From the NCBI GenBank assembly GCA_043228905.1, contig JBHGNT010000007.1, positions 682,001 to 746,000 of the forward strand: a DNA stretch of 64,000 nucleotides, given 5' to 3'. Position numbers and translations under genes: made by a program. This document shows positions 1-13,561 of the stretch, piece after piece; within the stretch, counting starts at the first letter, position 1; every line of letters starts with the position of its first letter. This DNA comes from Azolla caroliniana. Lineage: Eukaryota; Plantae; Polypodiophyta. Under the pieces are notes generated by a model, which worked only from the letters and a program-made list of their open reading frames with translations, did not search any database and had not been told where the DNA came from.

Positions 1-317
1 ACGCATCTCGGGTGCTTCATCGAGGAAGAAGGCCGAGTTATTGCACAAGGGCGCAGAGATGGGAGGATGTTTATCCTCAACTCTAGTGATGGTGGCACCG
101 CAATGTTCACAAAAGGACAAAAAGTCCAGTCGGATATCGACTTATGGCACAAGCGGATAGGCCATGTCAACTATCAACGACTTCAGGACTTGCGATCGAA
201 ACAAGTGGTGTTCGGATTGCCCAAATTTAGTGGCCAAAAGGCAAGAATTTGTGAAGCTTGCTAGCTAGGGAAGCAACATCGACTTCCTTTCCCTAACGAG
301 TGTAACCGGAGCCGGAA

Positions 318-731
318 TGTAGAAACAAATAGCGTGCAGAAGCAATAGAAAACATGAAGCAAAAAACAGGTTTAATGGAGAGCTTAACAATATGCGGGAG
401 AGACAAAGACAGAGAGAGAGCACACAGAAACTCAATTCAAAAAATACTACTCTGTCTGTACATCGTATGTGTTTAGTGAACAATTTTATACAAGTCCATC
501 CGGACTGACAGAAGTACGGTGTACTTCAATGCTCACACGAGCGTCTGACACTAACTACGAGATATTAACTCCCTAGTAGATTAGCTGCTACTTGGCTTCC
601 GGTTACTGCTTGATCCAACTAACCGGCTCCCCACCTCACCGGCTCACTTGCTCACCGGCTCACCCTTCTAGATGCCGATCCGGCTCAGGCTTATTCAGCC
701 GACCGGATCCGGTTGAGCTTGCCGCTCAACA
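318..731 (-). repeat. 3' LTR of B
   Basis: TGTAGAAAC...GCTCAACA; direct repeat of 5671-6071 with substitutions and an indel. Confidence 0.93.
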
Positions 732-932
732 CTCCCCCTCAGTCTCTTTGACAACTGGTCCTTCCACCTGGCTCCTTCTGGTGTCACTCCGCCTCGCTCG
801 AGCTCCTCGTCCGGTTCGGTCCTGTTTGCCGCGACCCTTCTGTTCTTGCGCACCTCGACTTCCTTGGTTGGCTTGTCTGCTCAATGGGCCCAATTCAGCT
901 CCCTCGCTATTGTGACTTTGGCTTTTGCCGAT

Positions 933-3900
933 TCACCGATCCCTTCGTGTTGGTGTCGACTTTTGCTGCCTTCTTGTCCTCTTGGCCTTGAATTGATCCG
1001 GTTCTTCCGAATCCTTCTGTAGAACTGAATCGGCTGTCTCCGATTCATTCCAGCTCTTGTCCGAATTGGTTGCTCCCGATTCGTCTTTTGGTTCCAGGCC
1101 CTTCACCACATCGAACCATGTCCGGGTCTTGGCCTTCTTCTTCTGGTCAGCTCTGTCCTTCTTGACTCTGCCTCCGCTGCCGCTTGTTCCGACTTGTTCG
1201 GATGTGTCAACTTCCTTTGTCGACTCGGTTCCTTTCTTCTTTCTGTCTCTCCCCTTGTCAATTCTTCCCCCACCGGCGCAATCGACAGTCTCTTTGCCTT
1301 TGCCCGTTCCGGTGGTGTCTTTGCCTATTCTCCCCCTCAAGTGTGGCACGTTGAGATGCTAAACACCAAGCATTTTGGTGAAGTGCTGCAACTTGTCCGA
1401 TCCGAGCGGTTTGGTGAAGACGTTGGCAACCTGCCGATCCGTATGAACATACCGAAGTTCGACTTCACCGCTCAGGACACACTCACGCACAAAGTGATAG
1501 TGCACTTCGATGTGCTTTGTGCGAGCATGGAATACAGGGTTCTTGGCGAGCTGCATGCTGCTTATGTTGTCGCAGTATATCAAGATCGGGGTCGGCACCT
1601 CGATCCATAGGTCTTGCAACAGTCGCCGAAGCCAAATGGCTTCACAGGTGGCATTGGTAGTGCCCCGGTATTTAGGCTTAGTGCTCGACAGAGCCACTAT
1701 TAGCTGCTTTTTGCTGCTCCATGCAATAGCCGCACTACCAAGGGAAAACATATAACCGGAAGTGGAACGACGATCTGATGCATCACCGGCCCAGTCAGCA
1801 TCCGTGTAGCTGACTAGCTCTTCGGTCATACCTCGCCGGTAAAACAGTCCCCGGTCCTTCGTGCTGCTCACATACCGCAGTATTCGGTGCGCGCATTGAA
1901 GATGCTCGACGATAAGCTTCTGCATGAATTGACTAATCACACCGACTGGATAGCTGATGTCAGGTTGGGTGATGGTCAAATATATAAGGCTTCTGACAAT
2001 TTTTTGGAACCGTTTCTCATCGCAGGCTGGTCCGGAGTTGGGACAGAGCTTCTGTTTCCGGTCCAAGGGTGAAGAAATAGGGCAACATTCCGTCATGCCG
2101 AACTTGTACAACATATTCAACACATAGTGTCTTTGTGAGAGCAATATGCCGTTGGGGGTTTGGATCACCTCGATCCCAAGGAAATAGTGAAGGTCCCCCA
2201 GGTCGTTCATCTCAAATGTGTCCGACAGCTGGGACTTGACTCGACTAATTTCATCGAGTTTGGGTTCGGTGATGACTAGATCATCAACATATAGCAAGAT
2301 GCAAATCGGACCTTGCCGGATGAACAACGAGGAGTCGGACTTGGAGGCCGCAAACCCCAACTTACGCAACCGGTGCGTAATCTTTGCATTCCAAGCTTGG
2401 GGGGCTTGCTTCAGGCCATAAAGTGACTTCTTCAGCTGGCATACAACCGACTTGTTCATCTCCGACTGAAAACCGGGAGGTTGGGTCATAGAGACCTCTT
2501 CTTTAAGATCTCCTTGAAGAAATGCATTCTTCACGTCCATCTGGTGAAGATGCAACTCCCTTGCCGCAGCAACTGCCAGCACCACACGAACCGTCGTCAT
2601 CTTCGCTACCGGAGCGAAGGTCTCATTGTAGTCGATTCCGTGGGTCTGCATGTATCCCTTCGCCACTAACCGGGACTTGTACCGGTTACCTAAACAATCG
2701 GCGTTGTACTTTACCTTGTACACCCACTTGCATCCGATCGGTTTACTGTGACGGGGAGGGTCAACTAGGTCCCATGTATCGTTGGCATCAAGTGCCCGCA
2801 TCTCTTTCTCCATAGTGGCACGCCAATTTGCATTCCTTGCCGCTTCTACGTAGCTCTCCGAATCACGCTCTTCCGCCACTCGTGTCATGTACGCATAGTG
2901 ATGCGCCATGTACTCATTGTACCCGTACCGCTTAATAGGTTCCTTCTGGCGGGTTGACCGGCGTAACCCACCGTTACCCGGTTTGAGGCCCTTCTTGGCC
3001 GGTTCGGTCTTCGGTGCCGAAGAGCCGTCATTTTCCTTTCCAGAGTCGGATCCGCTCTGATTCGAATCATCATTACCGGTTTCATAATCCGGCATCTTCT
3101 TCTTCCTCTTCTCTTTGCGCATGAACCGTCTCCTCGGTTCCTTGCGTGGGGAGAGCACGACAAAGTCTTCACTATTCGCCGGTTCCTCTTTTGACTGGTC
3201 GGATTGACCCAGTCTCTCGTTTGGCCCAGTCAACCGAAACGATTCTGGACTCTCTTCTTGAGTCCCGGATTCATCATCTTCTATCTGGACCGGTTCAGGC
3301 TCACTAGCCTCATCCTCCGATATCGGGTCGGGGTCGGAAGTCGGAGCCGGTAAGGCATACCATGATGCCGTCTCATCAAACTCAACATCGCGGCTAACTC
3401 GAACCTGCTTCGTCCAGGGGTTATAACACTTATACCCCAAAATCGGAGAAGTGCATCCTCGTCGGCTGCACACATGAGCAAATCCGAAGGTGTCTCAAAT
3501 ATGGCTTGCGCTCGAAATACAGCTCATGCATGGACACCTTGTCACCGATCTGGTTTTGGATGTAGACGGCCGTCTGGACCGCCTCTGCCGAGTAGAAATG
3601 GGGCATGATCTTCTCTTCTAGCATTGCCCTTGCCGCATCGACAAGCGACTGGTTCTTCCTTTCGGCCACACCGTTTTGCTCCGGTGTGTATCTGCAGCTG
3701 AACTTTCTCGAATTCTTGTTTGCTGCAGATAATTGTTGAATTGGCCGAAAAAATATTCTTTTCCGCCATCTGACCGCAGGCACTTGATCTTCCTCTCCGA
3801 TTCCTGTTCCACCATGCTTTGGAGGTTTCGGAAATAGTCGAAGACTTCGCTCTTCCGCTCAATGAGGTAGATCCATGTGTGCTGGCTATAGTCGTCGATG

Positions 3901-5578
3901 AAGGAGACGAAGTATCGACTCCCGCCAAGACTCACGTTTTGTGCCGGTTCCCATACATCCGAATGAATAAGGTCGAGCATGTTACGGCTACGGTTTTGCT
4001 CAGTGGGGAATGGAAGCCGGTGTTGCTTCCCGAGTTGGCAGGCTTCACATACTTGGGCCTTCCGGCCACTGAACTTCGGCAAAATGAAAACAACTTATTT
4101 CGTTTGTAGGTCTTGAAGCCTCCGGTAATTGACGTGGCCGATCCGCTTGTGCCAGAGATCGATGTCCGATTCAATCTTCTATCCTTTGGCGAACAAAGCG
4201 GTGCCAACGTCATTGGTGTAGAGGATGAACATCCTCCCATCTCTACGCCCTTGCGTAATAATCTGGCCCTCCTCCATGATGAAGCACCCGAGGTGCGTAA
4301 ACCGCACCTGCATTCCCTGGTCGACGATCTGTCCGATTGACACTAGGTTCTTCGTGATAGTCAGAACGTCTAATACGTTCATCAGCTTCCCCCTCTATCC
4401 GACGTGGCTCAAAGGGACTTCATCGATATGCATAATTGGGTGAGGAGTGTCGTCTCCGGTTTCGGCAACTCCCGGTTGTTCCGGTTTCTCCAGGAAGGAG
4501 AACCACTCTTTGTGGTTCGTCATGTGATTTGATGCACCGGAATCAACTTACCACACTTCCTCCGATTTGGAAGTGGTCTTCTTCATTGAATTTGCCTCGT
4601 GCTTCATCACCAAGGCTGGCCCCTTACCGGTCTTCCCAGTTCCGGATCCTTTCGATCCTTGCACGTAGTGTGAGCTTTGCCGGTTCTCCCGATCGGTTTT
4701 GCCGGATCCAGATTTGTCCGAATCGGCGCGTTTCTTCTAGCACTCGCTTTCTCTGTGGCCCTCTTTGCCACAGTAACAACATTCCGTGGCGGATTTGTCT
4801 TGCCGGCCTCCATAGCCACCTTGACTCCCCCTGGTTGTGGAGGTCCCTGAACTACTGTCGGCACGGTCTCTGTGCCGTCGGTCTTGCCATTGCCGTTCGC
4901 CTCCATTGCGTGCCGACCCGACTCGTCCACCACGCCCATGGAGCTGATTCGCCTCCGTGTACAACATCCGACTGTCGGTGGGTGCACTTGTTGACACACC
5001 GGCATGGTTCTCCTCTACAAGGAGCATCGATTGTAAGTTGAAAAATGACGGTGTATTCTCCCTCGTACATATTGTTGTCTGGAAAGCTTGGAACTTAGAC
5101 ACTAGGCCCCCAAGACAGACCTTTACCATCTCGTCTTCCTCTATTGTGACGTTGATAGAGGCAAGCGAGTCACAGATCTCTTTGATTCGGGCCGTGTAAT
5201 CAGCCATCGACATGTCCTTCTGCCGGACATTGCTCAACTCCTGTCGGAGTTGTAGCTTCCCGGCTGTAGTGCTTGCGGCGAACACCTTCTTCAGGTTTCC
5301 CCAAGCCTCTTTCGGCATCTTGGCATCTCGACATCTCGGACGTGGCTCAACAGCTGGTCTTTGACACTGGATGCAAAGCAATACATCACTCTGCTTGCCG
5401 ATTGTTCCCACACCGGGAAGTCCTTGTATGCCGCATCAGGTGCTGTGTCATTAGCTCCGTCGACATAGCTCTAGTAACCATGCCCAAGCAAGTACTGGTG
5501 CATCTTGTATGACCAAGATGCGTAGTTGGATCTGTCGAGCTTCTCCACCGGGAGCGAGCTAGCCATTCCTCTATCCAT
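933..5578 (-). pseudogene. Frameshifted gag-pol of B including a C-terminal extension after RNase H
   Basis: Gag with CCHC knuckle (4737-5411), integrase (3430-4082), RT/RNase H (1359-3473; YVDD, DADW, ARTKHIE), tail ORF 933-1349. Confidence 0.92.
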
Positions 5579-5670
5579 TTGTTTTTTTTGTTCTTTACAA
5601 AGGTTAGGTTTTCTTCTTGCGAAAGTGAATGTCGGCTGCAGAGGTTCTCAACCCTCGCGCTCTGATACCA

Positions 5671-6071
5671 TGTAGAAACAAATAGCGTGCGGAAGCAATA
5701 GAAAATGGGTTTAAGGGAGAGCTTAACAGTACGTGGGAGAGATAGAGACAAAGAGAGAGCACACAGAGACTCAATTCAAAAAATACTACTCTATCTGTAC
5801 ATCGTATGTGTTCAGTGAACACTTTTATACAAGTCCATCTGGACTGATAGAAGTACGGTGTACTTCACTGCTCACACTAGCGTCTGACACTAACTACGAG
5901 ATATTAACTCCCTAGTAGTCTAGTTGCTACTTGGCTTCCGGTTACTGCTTGATCCAGCTAACCAGCTCCCTAGCTCACCGGTTCACTTGCTTACCGGCTC
6001 ATCCTTCTGGATGCCGATCCGGCTCAGGCTTATTCAGCCGATCTGGATCCGGTTGAGCTTGCCGCTCAACA
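5671..6071 (-). repeat. 5' LTR of B
   Basis: Adjacent to the PBS; repeat of 318-731. Confidence 0.93.
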
Positions 6072-6076
6072 CAGAA

Positions 6077-8832
6077 CAAGCTCGACTTGATACATTCCAA
6101 TGTATGGGGGCCAAGACAGAACGTTAGTCTTGGCGGGAGTCGATATTTTGTCTCCTTCATCGGCGACTATATGCGGCACACGTGGATCTATCTCATCAAG
6201 AAGAAGAGTGAAGTCTTCAACTGTTTCCGGGACCTCAAAGGGTTCGTGGAAACGGAAACATGACGGAAGATCAAGTGCTTGCAGTCGGATGGCGGAAAAG
6301 AGTACTTTTCCAGTCAATTCAACGGCTATCTGCAACAAATGGGAATTCGGTGAGAATTCAGTTGTAGATACACGCCAAAACAAAACGGCGTGGCCGAGAG
6401 GAAGAATCGGTCGATTGTGGAAACGGCACGGGCAATGCTGGAGGAAAAGAGCTTACCCAAGTTCTATTGGGCCGAGGCGGTACGAACCGTGGTATACATC
6501 CAGAATCGGATTGGAGACAAAGTGTCGGCGCATGAGCAGTATTTCGGAAGGAAGCCGAATCTACGACACTTGAGAGTTTTCGGTAGCATTGCATATGTCC
6601 ATGTGCCGAAGGAGAAATGGAGGAAGTTGGACGTGAAAGCCGAGAAGTGTATCTTGGTCGGCTATTCGGACGAGCAGAAGGGTTATAAGTGTTATAACCC
6701 TGGCACCAAACAAGCGCGCGTGAGCCGCAACGTTGTGTTTGACGAGTCTGCGTCCTGGTACTTACCTCTGACTCCAGACCTCATCTCCAATCCGAGTTCT
6801 GACGATGAGGTTAGCAAGGCCAAGATGCCTCCGGATGAGCTTAAAATCGGAACCCGCGAAGAGAGTCCGATTTCATTTCGGTTAAGCGGACTAAATGGAT
6901 GACTGAGTCGGTTCGACCAGTCCGATGAAGAGCCGGCGAGTAGTGGAGACTCGGCCATGCATTCCCTGTGCAGGAAGCCGAGGAGACGGCTTACGCGCAA
7001 AGAAAAAGGGAAGAAGAAGGTGTCGGCATTACGGCATGGATAGCAACGAGTCAGATCGACGCGAGTCCGACTCCGAGGGAAGTGACGACGGATCTTCGAG
7101 ACTGAAGTTCGCATCGGCCAAGAAAGCCTCAACTTCGGCTAATGAGCAATTATGCCGATCAACCCGCCAGAAGAACCCTGTTGTGCGGTTCGGTTACAAC
7201 GAGTACATGGCACATCACTATGCGTACATGACACATGTAGTAGAAGTGCGTGAGCCGGAGAGCTATGCAAAAGTGGCAAAGGACGCGAATTGGCATACCG
7301 CAATGGAGGAAGAGATGCAAGCATTGGCGGAGAATGAAACCTGGGACCTGGTTGATGCACCGAAAGGTGTGAAGCCGATTGGATGTAGGTGGGTGTACAA
7401 GGTCAAGTACTACACTAACAACTCGGTCAACCGATACAAGGCCCGGTTAGTAGCGAAAGGTTACATGCAGAAACATGGCATTGACTACGATGAGACGTTT
7501 GCGCCGGTCGTGAAGATGACGACCGTCCATGTTTTGCTCGCGGAAGCTGCGGCAAAGGGGTGGCACTTACATCAGATGGATGTAAAGAATGCGTTCCTGC
7601 AAGGTGAGCTTGAGGAACAGGTGTACATGGTACAGGCCCCTGGATTTCACTCCGGAACGAACACTTCGGCGGTGTGCCGATTGAAGAAGCCCCTTTACGG
7701 ACTAAAGCAAGCCCCGCGTGCCTGGAATGCGAAGATCACGCAACGATTGCATCGGATGGGCTTTGCGACGTCAAAATCAGACTCCTCCTTGTTCATCTGG
7801 AAAGGTCGACTCGGGCCGGTTAGTATTTTACTTCATGTTGATGACTTGGTCATCACCGGCGCCGACCTAGGTGAGATTGACCGCGTGAAGCTCCAGCTTG
7901 CGGCATGATTCGACATGAAGGATCTGGGCGACCTTCATTACTTCCTTGGGATCGAAGTGATCTGCACCCCCGAAGGCATACTAATTAGCCAACGACATCA
8001 CGTGCTGAGAATGCTCTTCAAATTCGAGATGGCTGACTGTATGTCCGTCTCGACTCCTCTGGATAGAACCGTTAAGCTGCGCCTCAATTCTGGAAAGGTA
8101 TGCGACCCGACGAGGTTCTGATACATAGTTGGAAGCCTTATATACTTGACCATCACCCGACCAGATCTCAGCTACTCGGTCGGGGTGATTAGGCAGTTCA
8201 TAGCGCGACCGACCGAGGAGCACCTTCAGTGCGCACAACGCGTACTCCGCTACGTCAGTGGCACTAAGGACTAGGGCCTCCTATATCGGACCGACACTGC
8301 CGCGCAGTTGGTCTGTTACACCGATGTTGATTGGGCCGGAAACACCGGCGATCGCCGATCCACGTCTGGTTTCGCGTTCTCTCTTGGGAGTGCTGCCATC
8401 GCGTGGAGTAGCAAGAAGTAGCCGACAGTTGCGCTGTCGAGCACCGACGTTGAGTATAGAGGGGCGGCTGTCGCGACATGCGAAGCCATATGGTTGAAGC
8501 GGCTACTTAAGGATCTGTAGGTGGAGGTATCCGATCCAACGACAATCTACTGCGACAACCTCAGCAGTATCTAGCTAGCTAAGAACCCCGTCTTTCACGC
8601 CCGGACTAAGCACATTGAGGTGCACTACCATTTCGTCCATGAGCGTGTCCTCTCCGGTGAAGTCAAACTTCAGTACATTCCAACGGATCGGCAAAACGTC
8701 GACATCTTCACCAAGCCTCTTGGTCTGGACAAGTTGCGGCAATTCTCGGGTGCGCTTGGGTTGCGTCATCTCGATATGCCGAACTTGAGGGGGAGAGACG
8801 TCCCGGATGACCACGGAAGGGAGCAGGAATGA
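6077..8832 (+). pseudogene. Degenerate Copia pol of element A (integrase, RT, RNase H)
   Basis: ORF pieces 6390-6902 (AERKNR, HLRVFGS), 6925-7908 (KARLVAKG, QMDVKNAFL, LHVDD), 7915-8121 and 8620-8832, broken by stops and frameshifts. Confidence 0.92.
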
Positions 8833-9306
8833 AGCGGAAAAGACCGTGATGCCGAGTTCGATTTCGAATCGGTTGAAGAAGCCGAGGGTGGATCCGCGGA
8901 AGAGTCCGAAAGCAGACATAAGGGGAGTAGCTGGAAGAAAGAGCCAAAGCCAGCCAAGCATGGGGGAGATAAAGCCATCAAGGGCGAGAAGACCAAAGAC
9001 GAGTTGGAGACAGCCAACTCGGACGTCAGCAAAGACCGATCGGAGGAAGCCGAGTTGGTTTGGATGTTTGATTCGGATATGTTGAATCAACCAAGGGCCA
9101 AGCGGATGAGAAGGCAGTAGAAGAGGTGCCAACACTGCAACAACATGGAAGTTGATAAGGGCCGTGTAAGCAGACAAGCCGACCGGAAGGGTCGAGGCGC
9201 GCAGAATCGAACGGGTCGAGGAGCGCGAGCGAGGTGTGAAGCCAGAAGGAACCAGAGCGTAGATCTAGCGGACCAGGTGGAACCTCAAGTTGAGCTTGAG
9301 GGGGAG

Positions 9307-9709
9307 TGTTGAGAGACAAGCTCAACATTCGTGCGTAATACGATGCGTAACTTAGTGCGTAGATTGGGTGCGTAAATTGGTACGCACAACCTGGCCGTAT
9401 CAGTGCGTAAATTGAAAGACCGTTAGAGAGATATTCCTCGTAAGGAATAATTTTGGGAGTGAGTGTCGAGGCTCATTGATGAGCAGTCAAGTACTGTCAG
9501 TACTTGTGTCAGCCCTATTGTCAGGGCTTGTATAAAAGGTGCTCGCTGAGCACGGTGTATGTATAGATTGAGTATTATTTTAGATTTAGTTTTCTGTGTG
9601 TTCTCTCTCTCTTTGTCTCTCCCGCGTACTGTGTATATTCAAGCTCTCCATTAAACCTGCGCATTTTCTGTGTTTGGTTTTCTATTGCTTCCACACACTA
9701 TTCTTTACA
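9307..9709 (+). repeat. 3' LTR of element A
   Basis: TGTTGAGAG...CTTTACA follows the PPT; TATAAAA near 9531; similar to the M LTR at 49675. Confidence 0.88.
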
Positions 9710-12175
9710 TAAACGGATCACCCTCAGTACCCTTGGACGGAGACTCACCGCATAAAGTATCAACCGGTAAGGATGTGTCTTACCGGCATTTGAAGGTGTT
9801 TGGGTGTCTCGCATACGTGCGTGTGGCGAAGGACAAGAGAGCAAAGTTGGATCCGAAGTCCCGGCCATGCATATTCCTTGGATACGGCGACGATGAGTTC
9901 GGTTACTGGGTGTGGAATCTGGTCGACAAGAAGGTGTTCCGAAGTTGGGACATAGTCTTCATGGAAGACAGGACCATTGCTGACTGGGAGTCGGAGAAGA
10001 AGATGATCAACTCCGGATTGTCCAATGAAAACCGGCCAGAGGACACAATGACTTACTCGGTAGAAAAACAGACGCTAGTCGGTAACCGGATGACACTCGA
10101 TGAACCGGCGAGATACGGACAACAAACCAAACCGACCGAAGAAGAAGAAGAAGAAGAAGACACTAGAATCGGACAAGATCCCGAATTGGATTTAGATGAG
10201 GAACAAACGGAGGAACCGGCAATCAGAAACCAAGGACGGAGATATCCTCTCCGAGAGAGAAGACCCCCGAATATTTCTGGATGCAGAGCATGTGTTGCTA
10301 ACCGATGAGGGGGAGCTGGAAAGCTGAAGAAGGAAGGGGAGTCACCCACAGCTGCAAGTGGTTGAGTGCCATGCAGGATGAGATGGATTCCCTACATGAG
10401 AACCACACATACGAATTGGTGGACTTGTCGAAAGGAAAGAGGGCACTCCGGAACAAGTGGGTGTACAAGCTGAAACTGGGAAATGCCGGAAATCTACCAA
10501 GGTATAAGGCCCGAATCGTGGTGAAGGACTTCTAGCAGAAGAAAGGAATGGATTTCGATGAGATCTTTGCCCGGTAGTAAAGATGACATCCATCCGGACG
10601 GTCTTGGGCATAGCAGAAAGCATGGACCTCGAGGTAGAGCAACTGGATGTCAAGACGACATTTCTACACGGAGACCTCGAAGAAGAGATCTACATGCATC
10701 AACCGGAAGGATTTGAGAAGAAAGGGGAGGAGCACCTGGTGTGCCGGCTGAGGAAGAGCTTATACAGATTGAAGCAAGCTCCCTGACAATGGTACCAGAA
10801 GTTTGACTCCTTCATGACCAATCAAGGGTACCACAAGATGCAGGCCGATCACTGCGTATTTGTGAAGAAATTTGATGGAGGAGACTTCTTGATATTGCTC
10901 CTGTACGTGGACGACATGTTGATCGTCGGACGAGACCAAGTCAAGATACGGATACTAAAGAAGCCCCTTAACAAGACCTTCTCAATGAAAGACTTGGGTC
11001 CGACAAGACAGATACTGGGATGCACATCATCTAGGACCGGTCGAAGAAGCAATTGTGGTTGTCATAGGAAAAGTACGTGACAAAGGTGCTTCAGCGGTTT
11101 AACATGTCAGAAGCAAAACCGGTCGGATCGACACTCCTGGCAAACTGCAGATTATCAGGTAAGCAAAGCCCGAAGACAAAGGCAGAGAAGGCGGATATGA
11201 TGAAGATTCCACATGCCTCTGTGGTCGGGAGCTTGATGTATGCAATGGTGTGTACTCGACCGGATATTGGATACGTAGTCGGAGTGGTGAGTTGGTTCAT
11301 GCCAACCCCGGAAAAGAGCACTGGAATGCGGTAAAATGGATACTCCGGTACTTGAAGGGCACTTCGAGTATGTGCCTTCGATTCGACTTTGGTAAACCCC
11401 TCATGGAAGGATTTACCGATTTGAATATGTTGGCTGATGTGGAGTCTGGACACTAGCCGATCAACTTCCGGATATGTCATGACCTATGCAGGGGGAGCCG
11501 TTTCGTGGCAGTCGAGGCTATAGAAAATGGTTGCGTTGTCAACCACGGAGGCGGAGTACATGGCAGCCGTGGAAGCCGGCAAGGAAATATTGTGGATGAA
11601 GGACTTCATGGGAGAGCTAGGGATCCGGCAAGAGGAATACCGGTTCTACTGTGACAGTCAAAGTGCCATTCACCTTGCAAAGAACGCAACATACCATTCC
11701 AGAACGAAGCACATCTAGCACAGGCACCACTAGATCCGGGAGTGAGTTGAAGATCTAGAGTTCGTGCTAATGAAGATCGACACAGAGGAGAATGGGTCGG
11801 ATATGTTGACCAAGGTATTGACACCCGACAAGCTGGACACATGCTGGAAGCGGATCGGACTTACAAGACATCCCATACCGGACTGAAGGGGGAGATTGTT
11901 GGGAAAATCGGTCTCTCCGGATGGGATATGGTGATGAATAAAGAGGACCCGATGAGAACTGGAAGAGAGCTGGTGAGAGTCGCAAGAGATCCAGAAACGG
12001 GATCTGTGGACCCCGTGAGAACCGGAAGAGAAGACAGATTTGTAAATATGTCTTGAATAAGCCCATTGAGGCTATATTTGTAAATAGCCCTAAGTCCATA
12101 TAACTATAAAATGACTTAGGGCAATCACTTTAGCCAGAGCGTGTTGTGTGCTATTATCATTTTGCTGTAACTGTT

Positions 12176-12220
<45 letters not shown>

Positions 12221-12486
12221 CTGTCGTAACCGCCACTATGCGAAGAAACAGAGCTCGAGGTCGTTGCCTCCGAGTCTCTAATTGTACCCCTCTTTTTTCT
12301 TCCTCTATTCATAGTGATAGTTCGGAGTTTGTGGGCTCCCGTGGTTTTTCCCTATTAGGGTTTTCCACGTAAACATCATGTATCATTTTTCTTGTGTACT
12401 CTCTAGTTCCCATTTTTGTGTTTGATTCTGATAGAAGTGTTTTACTACTCGGTTGTGGCCAATCGATATTCCGCGCTTTCTCAACA
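9710..12486 (+). mobile_element. Ty1/Copia element C (Tnt1/Tork-like, same family group as F and H), 3' part only
   Basis: Integrase end (SPSVPLDGD, HLKVFGC), RT (LYVDDML) and RNase H fragments to about 11886; PPT GAAGGGGGAG; LTR 11897-12486 TG..CA. Confidence 0.92.
11897..12486 (+). repeat. 3' LTR of C, containing an (AG)n microsatellite at about 12178-12218
   Basis: TGTTGGG...TCAACA; TATAAAA near 12105; U5 similar to the F, H and J LTRs. Confidence 0.88.
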
Positions 12487-12607
12487 GCATCGTGGCGCGT
12501 TCTACCTCGAGTATTTGCGGAATCTTCCTTTTGGCGACTCCATTTTGTTGGGGTGTGTGTCGGTATGAGAATTCTCTACGAAGGCCTTCACTTTGGAGGT
12601 AGGAGGT

Positions 12608-13064
12608 TGTTAAGAATCAAGCTCAACATAGTGCAATGTGTGAACACACTTTTGAGAATCCATGATTACTCAAAGGTCAAGAGTCACACCACTACTCTCT
12701 ACACATTAACTATGTGTCATAGAATCATATTCTATGACACATAGCTAATGAGTTACATATTCCCCATGACTATGAGGTCTTCACACTCCCCAAGAGAGAG
12801 AGAGTGGTTGTTGTAAAGTTAATGAAGAGAGAGGGTGACTCTGTATAAAGCACCCTCCTCATACTTCATATTGAGTCGGTTGTGACTCCTTGTAATGCTA
12901 CAATTTTGTATATCCATTCTACTTGTGAAATATACATCTTCTTCTTCTTGAGTATTCCTTTTTCTATCTATCTTGTGTTCTCTCATCTCTCCTCTAATTC
13001 CTCTCACACATACACATAACACACATCTCTTTTGCTACACAAGAATCACCATCGATTCTTTAAA
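12608..13064 (+). repeat. 5' LTR of D
   Basis: Direct repeat of 24592-25043; terminal CA mutated to AA. Confidence 0.93.
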
Positions 13065-13378
13065 TGGTATTAGAGAGAGGTTGGTAGCTCGATCTAGCCC
13101 ACTTGCCTCATCATGATCGTGTGTTGTGCTCTACGTCGACATTCAAGAAGAACCGGCTCATCTCTATCATAGTACCACTACATAGCTCGTGTTCGAGAGA
13201 GAAGGGAAAGAAGAAAGGAAGCTTAATCAACAATGAATACTCAAATGGGGAGCGCTCTCCCTAGCGAGAAGTTGGACCGAAACAACTTCGCATCTTGGGA
13301 GTACAAGATGCACCAATACCTTGCCGGCCAAGGTTATTGGGGTTACATCAAGGGAGCACAAGAAAACCGACCCAAGCC

Positions 13379-13524
13379 TCTTGTCATAATCGCGTACTCG
13401 ACGAAAGAGCTTTACAAGCGGCATTGCCCTTCCTCGCTAACACGACGTTTTTCACTCACTCACGCGATATTGCTGGATCGGGCTTTCGCCCATTGTCCGA
13501 TATTCCCCACTACTGCCTCCCTAC

Positions 13525-13561
<37 letters not shown>

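Larger units (their letters stand above)
318..6071 (-). mobile_element. Full-length degenerate Ty1/Copia element B (Bryco-like) nested in A
   Basis: LTR pair 318-731 and 5671-6071; tRNA-iMet PBS (GCTCTGATACCA on +, 5659-5670); PPT (CTCCCCCTCA on +, 732-741); TSD CGGAA/CAGAA with 1 mismatch. Confidence 0.95.
1..9709 (+). mobile_element. Ty1/Copia element A (Bryco-like family), 5' part outside window, interrupted by element B at 318-6071
   Basis: GAG-pre-integrase reads LWHKRIGH..CEAC at 67-264 and resumes exactly after B (NRSRN|KLDLIHS). Integrase, RT and RNase H follow in Copia order. PPT TTGAGGGGGAG at about 9296-9306, then a TG..CA LTR. Confidence 0.92.
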
